The translations under genes and the position numbers were made by a program. Shown piece after piece: positions 11,328 through 22,390 of a stretch of 64,000 nt of DNA; positions within the stretch are counted from its first letter, which is position 1, and every line of letters starts with the position of its first letter. This stretch comes from Octopus vulgaris. Its lineage: Eukaryota. Under the pieces are notes generated by a model, which saw nothing but the letters and a program-made list of their open reading frames with translations, was not told the origin of the DNA and ran no database searches. The stretch lies in contig OX597814.1 in assembly GCA_951406725.2 (NCBI GenBank), forward strand, positions 109,430,001 through 109,494,000, in the 5' to 3' direction.

Positions 11328-13721
11328 ATAAAATTGAATTTCTGTCTGTCTGTCAGAATGAAAGCAAAAACAGCAAATCTGTACAAGTAGTCCCACCCTG
11401 GTTCAGATTCGAAACTGAATCTTTCAATTCTCCTTGAGCATTTAGCCTATTTAAACGTCAAAAGGAACTGTGATAAACGGGTGTTCCACTTGATCTGTGG
11501 CCTTTTCTTCAGTGCCATCGCACAGTCACCTGGATTCGGTAAAGCTATTGTTCTATATAACTCTTTTTCTAGCTTATCAGTTCAGGTATAAAATATACAA
11601 ACTTCTTTGAGATGGGCAGAGAGAATCTGACAGCAAAGTGAGATGCATGACACACACACACAGAACTTGACAGGGAAACAAAAAAACATTGACACACCCA
11701 CAAAAAGACAATTTACACATGCATTCTGACTTGGCTTACAGATCTACTTCGCTTTAACTACCGACTGTTATAGTTAAACTTCTCTATCACACAATGAGGC
11801 TTTCCTTTCTGTCTCTATCACTTCACTTCTTTTCTCTATGGTTAAGAGAGTGAAGGTGCGTGGCTCAGTGGTTAGGGGTATTCAACCACAATCGTAAAGT
11901 CATGAATACGATTCCCTGTAGTGCGCCGTCTTCTTGAGCAAAGTACTCTATTTCACCTCGCTGCAGTCCACTCAGCTGGCAAAAATGAGTTGTACTCGTA
12001 ATTCAAAGGGGCCAGCCTTGTCACATTCTGTGTGAGGCCAAATCTCCCAGAGAACTCCCTTATGGTACACATGCTTGTGGAGTACTCAGCCATTTGCAAA
12101 ATTAATTTTATCCTCATGTGGTAATGAAAAGTGAAAGTGATATCCAATATTTGCTGTAGATGTCTTTAATTTAACAATGTGTCTATGTATCAACTTTCTT
12201 TTGATCTATGTATTTACTGTCTCTCTCACTTTCTCTCCTTCTCTCTCACTTCCGCTTTTAATTTAACAATGTGTGTACGTATCTATGTATCAACTTTTCT
12301 TGTGATGTGATAGACATTTAAAAACACAAAACGAACGCCGTCACCACTCATTGTTTCTCTCACTCTCTCTTTCTCTCATTCTTTCTCACTTCCTCTCTGC
12401 CCTCCTCTCTCCTGCTTTGCCTCTCACTTCTTTTGAGGTAAAGTGTTACACACACCACAGTACAGACATACAAAAACAAGAAGTTGGCGTATTCATATTA
12501 TTGATTATTTCAAATTTTTGCCACAAGGGCAGCTTGGAGGATGTGAGGATTTGTCAATTACATCGACCCCAGTGCGTAACTGGTACTTATTTAATCGACC
12601 CCGAAAGGATGAAAGGCAGTCGACCTCGGCAGAATTTGAACTCAGAATGTAGTGGCAAACGAAATACCACTAAGGATTTCGCCCGGTGCACTAATGATTC
12701 TGCCAGCACCTTAATAATAATAATAATAATAATAATCATCATCATCGTTTAACGTCTGCTTTCCATGCTAGCATGGGTTGGACGATTTTGACTGAGGGTT
12801 GGCGAACCAGCTGGCTGCACCAGGCTCCAATCTTGATCTGGCAGAGTTTCTACAGTTGGATGCCCCTAACAACAACAATTTGTTTTAAACAATTAAAGTC
12901 ATACATTTAAAATTTAGACTGATTGACCAAAGAATGTAAATAACATTTTGTTTTTAAACAACTGTTGCCAGTAATTAAAAAAGGCAATAACCTTCACACA
13001 TAGATTCACTTCAAATGATATCTTAATTAAAATCCTATCATGCTGAAAATGGATTAATAATCAAGATAACGAGATGTAATTATGTTACTAATTGTGTTTT
13101 CTACAATATGATTTATCAGACTGTAAGGACCCTCTTTGTTGTGAAACATTTAATAAAATTAAACAAATGAGCTAATAAAGAAGCCTCTACGGGATTGTCT
13201 GACTTGCTAGAAATAGCAGCTAAATTTCTCAAAACAGTTCCACACTCATTAGTGTTAACTCATATCTGAGTAGCAGATATGTAGCCAGTGACTGAGCCTT
13301 TTCTGGCCAGGGTAGGGATAGAAGAGCTGGGGGCATTTGATACAGAGGAAAGTTGGGGAGATCCACATTGCCACTAAAATAAAAAAAATTTAAAAAAACT
13401 GAAGGATGCAGGAGATAAGGATTGTAGATATACTACATCTGAAGCAAAGCTAAGTTGATCTCAGCTGAAACTACTATAATCATGTATTTGATGGCTTAGG
13501 GGACACAAACACTCACACAAACGCACATATGCCCTACCACACACACACAATTTAACCAATGCTAGCATAGGACATGGAAAGATGAAGAGAAGAAGAAAAT
13601 GAATCTTCCACAAGAGAAGTTGCAGCAATGAAATGGAAGAACAAGAAAGGCACCTCTTTCTCTGTCTTTCTCTCATCAACCATTTGCAATTCAAAAATGA
13701 TGGAAGTTAAGAAATTGAGGT

Positions 13722-14030
13722 CAGAGCTGGATTAAGGGCCACAGAGGTCCTAAGCATGTAGAAGCTTGTGGTAACCCCTTATATGTGTAATTTCAAAATA
13801 TAAACAATTATAAACCATAAAATACATTTTTATTTTTTAAAATGAAACAAAACTTAGAGTAAGATGGAAAATAATGTTTATTTTTGTATACTTCCATTTT
13901 ATTTATATTTGAAAATTTTTCTACTACTTTTTTTAAAATTGCAAAGTCTTTGATCAGATCCTTAAAATTAATCATACATAATGCATCTGCTTCTATACTA
14001 AGTAGAGATAAGGCATCCCAAATATTAAGT
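13722..14030 (-). mobile_element. hAT transposon relic (C-terminal dimerization region plus terminus)
   Basis: The minus frame reads DALSLLSIEADALCMINFKDLIKDFA, typical of Tip100/Zaphod-type hAT C-termini. The terminus cagagctggattaagggcc resembles CAGGGCCGGATTAAG-type ends. Confidence 0.6.
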
Positions 14031-15076
14031 TTAACAAGTTTAAAGTGATTTCTTTTGTGCTGTAAACCATTTACCATTTCTTTGGTGCCCGACTGGCTCC
14101 TGTGCTGGTGACACCTAAAAAAGCACCTGCTACACTCTCAGAGTGGTTGGTGTTAGGAAGGGCATCCAGCTGCATAAACTTTGCTAAATCATATTGGAGC
14201 CTGGTGCAGCCTCCTGGCTTGCCATTCCTCGGTCAAACTGTCCAACCCATGGCAGCATAGAAAGCAGACGTTAAACGACAACGATGACAATGATGAGTGC
14301 CTGACTAACCAACTACTCCCATGGAGAAGATGATAAAAATAATAGGGAACTCTTTTTGTTTTTTGAAGTTTGCTTCCCAACCACATGGTTTTAGATTTAA
14401 TCTCACAGCGAGGTACCTTGGGCAAGTTCTTCTACAACAGCTTTGGCTTGACCAAAATCTTGTGAGTGGATTTTGTAGGTGGAAACTGCCCAGAGTTAGA
14501 TTGTGTAACACACTATGTATCAGGGTATCCATGTGAAAATATCTAAGCTAATAAAATAAAAATAATTCTGTAACTTTACAATGCAACATAAATAATCTCC
14601 TTTCTACTCTAGGCACAAGGCCTGAAATTTGGGGGAGGGGATTATTCGATTACATTGAGCCTGGTGTTTCACTGGTACTTGATTTATCAACCCTGAAAGG
14701 ATGAAAGGCAAAGTTGATTGCGGCAGATGACATACTGCTCAATACAACATAAATAATAAAATGGTAAATTTAAGATGTATTAATCGTAAAAATCAGTGCT
14801 ATTTTTTTTTTAATAATATATTTTATCTTTTACTTGTTCCAGTTATTAGACTGCAACCATGCTGGAGCATCATCTCAAAGAATTTTTAGTTAAATAAATC
14901 ACCCCAGTACTTTTATCTTTTAAAAGCCTGGTATTTATTTTATCAGTATCTTTTGCTGAACTGCTAAGTTACAGGAACATAAACAAACCAAGACTGGCTA
15001 TCAAGTGGTGGTGGGGACAAACACAGACACATATAATCATATCTACCTACCTACCCCTCTCTCTCTCTCTCATATG

Positions 15077-15121
<45 letters not shown>

Positions 15122-15633
15122 GGCATATACGGATTTCAAGATTTTCCTACTAAAGTTACTTACCAAAATCAAATGTAAATAATGTACATAATTCCTCATC
15201 TCTTAAATATAGAACTGTACACATGCATATATCTTTCTGAAGAATTTTTCTGATATTAATTTCCTGATATTATTTCACAATATATTATATATAATCGCTC
15301 GTATTAAATGTATAAATACTTTAATAGTATTAATACTTTGATACAAAAGAACACTCACTGTAAATTCAGTATAGAATATTCATATAGAATATCACCACAA
15401 CTTTCTCTCACTCTTACTTCCTGTTTCTGTTGTACCTGTATTTCAAAAGGGCCGGCCTTGTCACTCTCTGTGTCACGCAGAATATCCCCGAGAACTACGT
15501 TAAGGGTACACGTGTCTGTGGAGTGCTCAGCCACTTACACGTTAATTTCACGAGCAGGCTGTTCCGTTGATCGGATCAACCGGAACCCTCGTCGTCGTAA
15601 CCGACGGAGTGCCTAAGAGAAGATTTAACTAAA

Positions 15634-15659
<26 letters not shown>

Positions 15660-15673
<14 letters not shown>

Positions 15674-16238
15674 GCTTCTTTCGATTTCTGCCTACCAAAT
15701 CCACTGACAAGTCTTTGGTCAGCCTGAGGATAAAGTAGAAGACACTTACCCAAGGTGCCACACAGTGGAACTGAACCTGGAACCAAGTGGCTGGGAAGCA
15801 AACTTTTTACCATACAGCCACGCCTGTACCTATTTGAATTTTTTCTTTTATTCTTTCATTCGTTTCAGTCATTTGGCTGTGGTCATGCTGGAGCACTGCC
15901 TTTAGTCAAACAAACTGACCCCAGGACTTATTCTTTGTGAGCCTAGTATTTATCCTATCGGTCAGTTTTGCTGAACTGCCAAGTTATGGGGACGTAAACA
16001 CACCAACATCGGTTGTCAAGCGATGATGGAGGGACAAACACAGACACAAACACACACACACGCACATATATATACACAATGGGCTTCTTTCAGTTTCCGT
16101 CTACCTAATCCACTCACAAGTCTTTGGTCAACCTGAGGCTATAGAAGAAGACACTGACCCAAGGTGCCACACAGTGGAACTGAACCTGGAACCATGTGGC
16201 TGTGAAGCAAGCTTTTTATCATACAGCCACACCTGCAC
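15660..16238 (-). mobile_element. Two tandem family A SINEs (one partial, one full)
   Basis: The head-half is repeated at about 15670-15830 and 16080-16238. Confidence 0.75.
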
Positions 16239-16649
16239 CTATTTTAATTAATTAATTTTTTTCTATATCTTCCTATGTCAAAAGGATATAAAAATAATAA
16301 TATTGTAACTTTAGAATCTTCAATACCACGAATTACAAATGCATGAACCATAAATGAAATCAAATAACATACATTATCTTTTGTTATATTTCCCTCTGTT
16401 TTGCTATTAAAATAAGAATATAAAAAAATGATGATGATGATGCTGAATACAGACAAATAAAACTCTTCACTAACAAAAAGAAAGATACAGAGAGGGAGTA
16501 ATTGGAAATTTATAATCATGTAAATGGGAAAATGGTGATGAAGACACAGAAATGGTCGTAGTGGACCCTGCTGTGGCATTTCAAGTATTCTGCATCATGG
16601 GAGACATACCCTGATTTAGGAAATGTAGTTTTAGGTGAAATATTTTTTA

Positions 16650-17035
16650 TACTCTTTTACTTGTTTCAGTCATTTGACTGTGGCCATGCTGGAGCACCGC
16701 CTTTAGTCGAGCAGATTGACCCCAAGACTTATTCTTTGTAAGCCTAGTACTTATTCTATCGGTCTCTTTTGCCGAACTGCTAAGTTACGGGAACATAAAC
16801 ACACCAGCATCGGTTCAAGCGATGTTGGGTGGACAAACACAGACACACACATACATATATAAATATATACATATATACGATGGGCTTCTTTTAGTTTCCG
16901 TCTACCAAATCCACTCACAAGGCTTTGGTTGGCCTGAGGCTATAGTAGAAGACATTTGACCAAGGTGCCATGCAGTGGGACTGAACCCGGAACCATGTGG
17001 TTCATAAGCAAGCTACTTACCACACAGCTACTCCT
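16650..17035 (-). mobile_element. Family A SINE (close to consensus)
   Basis: Full length, with many CpGs retained. Confidence 0.85.
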
Positions 17036-17182
17036 ACACCATAAAGCTTTGTCTATATACAAAGGAACAGAGCCTAGCAAGCACACAATAAATACCTGTT
17101 ATCAGACAAACTTGGCAGACAACCCATCAGAATGCTCATAGCTGTCATTGAATGAAATCCAACCATGCCACCTACACTGTTT

Positions 17183-17412
17183 GCTGCCAGCTGTTATTAG
17201 AGTACACAACACTAGGCTCTTTGCTTTAAGTGCTCTGTGTTTATTTATACAACATACCAGGGTGATTATACCACACCCACCACTGCTGGCCACCTACTGG
17301 CTACCAGTGCCTGACTACAACTGCCACTGACCACCCTGTTTATACAACAACACACTGCAGAGTGCTGCTTGAATGTGGTCAGGGCCTTGACTGACCCAGT
17401 CGGGTCATTATA
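17183..17412 (-). mobile_element. Probable LTR relic with a PBS-like motif
   Basis: The minus strand begins TATAATGACCCG (expected TG...), contains tataaa and AATAAA, ends CTAATAACA at 17192 and is followed by gcTGGCAGC. Confidence 0.45.
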
Positions 17413-17471
17413 TATCACCAATTTTTAATCAAGAATCTGTAAAAGAAGTAGAAATCTTTAATATAACAGTC

Positions 17472-17850
17472 ACAGGAGTGGCTGTGTGGTAAATAGCTTG
17501 CTTACCAACCACATGGTTCCGGGTTCAGTCCCACTGCGTGGCACCTTGAGCAAGTGTCTTCTACTATAGCCTCGGGCCGAACAAAGTCTTGTGAGTAGAT
17601 TTAGTAGACAGAAACTGAAAGAAGCCTGTCGTATATATGTATGTATATATATGTGTGTGTGTGTTTGTCCCGCCAGCATCACTTGACAACCGATGCTGGT
17701 GTGTTTACGTCCTCATAACTTAGTAGTTCGGCAAAAGAGACCGACAGAATAAGTACTAGGCTTACAAAGAGTAAGTCCTGGGGTCAATTTGCTCGACTAA
17801 AGGCGGTGCTCAAGCATGGCCACAGTCAAATGACTGAAAAGAGTAAAAAA
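17472..17850 (+). mobile_element. Family A SINE (close to consensus)
   Basis: Full length; inverted relative to the copy at 16650-17035. Confidence 0.85.
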
Positions 17851-19082
17851 GTATAACACGCCTTTTCTACACATCTAACAAACTCAAATGTTTAAAGTGC
17901 AATGAATAAGTAATGAAATAAGTCTTAATAAGGGGTTGAATTCAGTTAACCCCAAGAAAACCACAGCAACCATTCCTCAACTAGCATTATGGAAGGCACA
18001 AACTAATTTTTCAAGGTTTTTTATTTTCTTTTTACGAGAAAGAGCATCTTCCATGCTGCAAAATACAATGGTTACATTCCTGTATGTTTTGAGTACTAGC
18101 CTTACAAGGCTTAATCTTGATTCACATTTTTCTGTTGAGTAAGTACCAGTGATATATTACGGTTGAGCCAATCGCATATATACTTCTGTACAAATGTGCC
18201 ACTTTATGCCTGTGTAAGAAACCAGCAATATCTTACAAATTCGTGGAATTTCTTCTCAGACCCAGACTGGGCTGTGTGGTAAGAAGCTTGCTTCTCAACC
18301 ACATGGTTCAGGTTTCAGTCTTACTATGTGGCACCTTGAGCAAGTATCTTCTACTAAAGTCACAGGCCAATCAAAGCTTTCTGAGCGGATTTGGTAGACG
18401 AAAACTGAAAGAAGCCCTGTCATGTATCATCATCATCATTGTTTAACGTCTGCTTTCCATGCTGGCATGGGTTGGACGGTTCAACCAGGGTCTGGGAAGC
18501 CAGGAGGCTGCACCAGGCCCAGTCTGATCGGGCAGTGTTTCTACAGCTGGATGCCCTTCTTAACACCAACCACTCCGTGAGTGTAGTGGGTGCTTTTTAC
18601 GTTCCACCGGCACTGGTATCACAACTACAATTTCCATTGATTTTTTTATCGATTTCGACTTCACTTGCCTCAACAGGTCTTCGCAAGCAGAGTTTTGTGT
18701 CCCAAGAAGGAAAGGCATGCACAAGTCGACTGGCTACATCCCAGGTAAAGGCCACGGATTATGGTCTCATTTGTCCTGCCGGGTCTTCTCATGCACAGCA
18801 TACTTCCAAAAGTCTCGGTCACTAATCATTGCCTCGGCGAGACCTAATGTATGTGTATATATATATATATATATATATACATATGATGAAATTGTGTGTG
18901 TGTGTATAAATATATATATATATGCAGCTCTTGGTGCATCAGATATGCAATCTGTGTGGGTGTCTTTTCAGAACATTGTCTGGTTTACAAAGCCACATCA
19001 GATGCCATGATGGTGCTAAGGTGTAGGTACAAGAAGTGGTCAAACTCTGCATAAGGAGTAGACAACCACCATATATATATAT

Positions 19083-19467
19083 ACTAGCAGTATCGCCCGG
19101 CGTTGCTCAGGTTTGTAAGGGAAATAACTATAAAGCATTTTTAGAGAGTTATAGCCAAAAAATAGCAAAAAAATGGAAAAAAATTATGGTAAATTTTTTT
19201 TGAGATTTAAAAAAGGTGGAGTTGCATCCCCTAGACAGTTTGTGGTTCGTGTTTCTGATTCTCGACCCCATGTCGAATTTATCGATTTTTTTCAGAACTG
19301 GGGGAACTTTTCAAAATTTTCGCTGCGTTAGTTTTGAATTATGACATTGGGCTATGTGTGTGTCAAGTTTCATCAGAATCGGTTGAAAGCCGTGGTCAGG
19401 GTGAGGGTACAAGCAAACAGACACACAGAAACACGCACAGACAAACTGCCGTTTATATATAGAGAGA
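19083..19467 (+). mobile_element. Non-autonomous Helitron-like (Lep1/HINE-type) element
   Basis: Starts ACTAGCAGTATCGCCCGGCGTTGCTC; contains aagtttcatcagaatcggttg and acaga repeats; ends tttatatatagagagat. Confidence 0.65.
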
Positions 19468-19699
19468 TATATATATATATATATATATATGAATTAGAAA
19501 AAAACCACCTTTTATCAATTCAATAATGAAAAATTAAATTATACCATTTAGAAAAATTACATATTATAGAAAGATTAAATATAAGATAAAACATATAACA
19601 ATGATTAAGTAATGTGCAAAATAATAAATAAAACATATATATTTGGTAGAATAACCAAATATATATGTTTGTAAGTTTGGAATAATATTCCCTCATATT

Positions 19700-19732
19700 A
19701 TTATTATATATATATACATATATATAATATAT

Positions 19733-19774
<42 letters not shown>

Positions 19775-19869
19775 TATATAATATACACAATACATATATA
19801 TATAATATACACATATATATATAATATAAACATATATATATATATATATATAAAACATATATACAATAC

Positions 19870-19924
<55 letters not shown>

Positions 19925-19976
19925 ATATACACACAATACATATATACACACACATACACACACACACACACACACA

Positions 19977-20011
<35 letters not shown>

Positions 20012-20082
20012 ACATATATATATACACACACATACATACACAATACACACACACATATATATATATATATATAATATACACA

Positions 20083-20122
<40 letters not shown>

Positions 20123-20126
20123 CACA

Positions 20127-20162
<36 letters not shown>

Positions 20163-20166
20163 CACA

Positions 20167-20204
<38 letters not shown>

Positions 20205-20243
20205 CACATATACATATATATATATATATAATATACACAATAC

Positions 20244-20276
<33 letters not shown>

Positions 20277-20286
20277 CATATACACA

Positions 20287-20331
<45 letters not shown>

Positions 20332-20470
20332 TATATAGGTATGAGTGTATATATATATATATATGTGTGTGTGTATATATATGTGTGTAAATATATATGT
20401 GTGTGTGTGTGTGTGTAAATATATATAATATACAATATATATGTACACACATGTATATATATATATATAT
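19700..20470. repeat. Compound (TA)n/(CA)n satellite
   Basis: Read directly; recurring atatacacaatacat anchors lie between TA runs. Confidence 0.95.
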
Positions 20471-21273
20471 AGATATTATAACAGTGAGAGTTACCACTTT
20501 TATAAGGGTGATTTATCTAACTTATATATGGGATGAGATTATCTTATTTGTATGGTTTCAACTTGAAATAGATAATAAGTATATTTTATTTCTTGAGTAG
20601 GAATATATGGTGATAAGCTCGTCACTTATAACTTAATTATAAGTATTATCACTATACATAAATCTTAAGTCATGCCGCATAAACGCTGTGATGAATTATA
20701 TACACCAAGACGCTGAAACGAACATGTTGAAACGGAAATGTATGTTGAAGATAATAAGATCACGTTCTTTTTCACCACTACAATAACAATTTCATGGTTG
20801 CAGAAATAAATTTCATTAACAGGTTGAAGAAAATGAAGAAAGAGAAATTATTTACTAAATTAGTTTATTTCCTTTCATTTAATATCTACAGTACATTTAA
20901 AAGTCAAAGAAAATTATCACAGAGGGTTACAACATAAAATTTATGTTAGCTAATCTGTTGGAATTAGATATAGACATGGCATAAAAATAAACAAGTGAAC
21001 GAACCAGTGGACTTCTTTGCTGCCTCACCTATAACCAGCGAGGCAGTTACAATGGACATTAGTGAAGAAGATATACTATTAGCCATATATATACATACAC
21101 ACACATATATACACACACACACACACATATACATATGTATGTATGTATATAAAAATGAAATACTGTAATCAATTCATTTGGCTAAAACTCCACATGGCAG
21201 TGCCCCAGCCTGGCTACAGCCAAATGATTGAAACCAGTAGAGGAAAAATATATATGTATATTAGAGTACTTAC

Positions 21274-21352
21274 TCTGGTGCAACAATTCTAGCCTCAGCC
21301 GGTAGGGACTGATCAACAAGGACATGTTCAATTAGCTGATAAGTTTGGGGAT
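21274..21352 (-). CDS. Gene X internal exon ((D)PQTYQLIEHVLVDQSLPAEARIVAP(E/D))
   Basis: Acceptor gttttattgtatAG and donor GA|GTAAGT; 79 nt; phase 1 in, phase 2 out; open in the frame set by exon 37093-37210. Confidence 0.8.
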
Positions 21353-21760
21353 CTATACAATAAAACGACATTAAATAATTAGTGAGGAATAACAAGAGGT
21401 GTTTGAATAATTACATGGAAATAAATGTCATGAATAATTAAGATAGCACATACAGGGAGTTAAAATAGTGTACTAATTACCATGGAACCATTTAATGAGA
21501 ATGAAAAATGTAGATGGAAACATTTATTTTGCCCTAGAACAGTTGTTCTATACCAGTAATATAATTGTTTTAAGTTGGTAATACAATAGTTTTACATGAC
21601 TAATACAACTGTTCTCTCTCAATAATGCACTTTTTGTGTGAGAAATACAATTGTTCTATGCCTTTATTATAATTATTCAATGTCAGTAATACAATTTTTC
21701 TATGTGAGAAATACAATTGTGCTACATCAATACTATTATGTTACAATATTTTGGTAAATT

Positions 21761-21976
21761 AAGGCGGCAAGCCGGTAAAAATGTTAGCACAATGGGCGAA
21801 ATGCTTAGCAGTATTTCATCTGTCTTTACTGAGTTCAAATTCTGCTGAGGTCGACTTTGCATTTCATCCTTTCACGATGAATAAATTAAGTACCAGTTGC
21901 ATACTGGGGTCGATCTAATCGACTGGCCCCACCTCCCAAAAAATTTTGGCCCTTGTACCTAGAGTAGAAAAGAATA
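21761..21976 (+). mobile_element. Family C tRNA-like SINE
   Basis: Head ggcggcgagctggcagaa...gagttcaaattcc and core gaggtcgactttgcctttcatcctttcggggtcgataaattaagtaccag. Other copies start at about 12510, 14600, 22470, 22690, 23900 and 47560. Confidence 0.75.
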
Positions 21977-22069
21977 TTTTAGTAACTTATTCACTTTATT
22001 TGTCAAGTTATAAGAAAAGCAGCCTAGCATTGCAACTAGAGGCCATCATGTTGCACCATCTGAAGCACC

Positions 22070-22390
22070 CCTTTTTTTTTGCCAATTCTTTGATCCCCTG
22101 CTGATACCAGTTCTTGTCCTTTGAGATGAAGAACCCTTTCATTGAAACTTCCACTTCGTCTTAGTTGATGAAGTATCGTGAGTAAAGGAAGCAGAAGCTT
22201 CAGTGAAAGAGTTCTTTAGCTCAAAGGACAAGAACTTGTCTCAGCATGGCATGAAAGAATTAGCAGAAAGGTGGCCCCAGACGGAGCAACACAATGGTCC
22301 CTACTTTGAATTCTTGACTGCTTTTCTTGTAACTTGATAAATGAAACAAATAAGTTATCAAAATATTGTAAAACTTTCAACTCGACACAC
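22070..22390. mobile_element. Mariner transposase C-terminal relics, two copies inverted
   Basis: Plus strand 22185-22310 reads KEAEASVKEFFSSKDKNLSQHGMKELAERWPQTEQHNGPYFE. Minus strand 22160-22080 reads DEVEVSMKGFFISKDKNWYQQGIKELA. Both match the mariner C-terminal pattern FFxSK..F/WY..GI..L..RW...DG.YF. Confidence 0.75.

Noticed and set aside
19520-20497. Long ORFs of 248-325 aa (YIYI/CVCV)
   Set aside because: Translations of (TA)n/(CA)n satellite; no coding signal.
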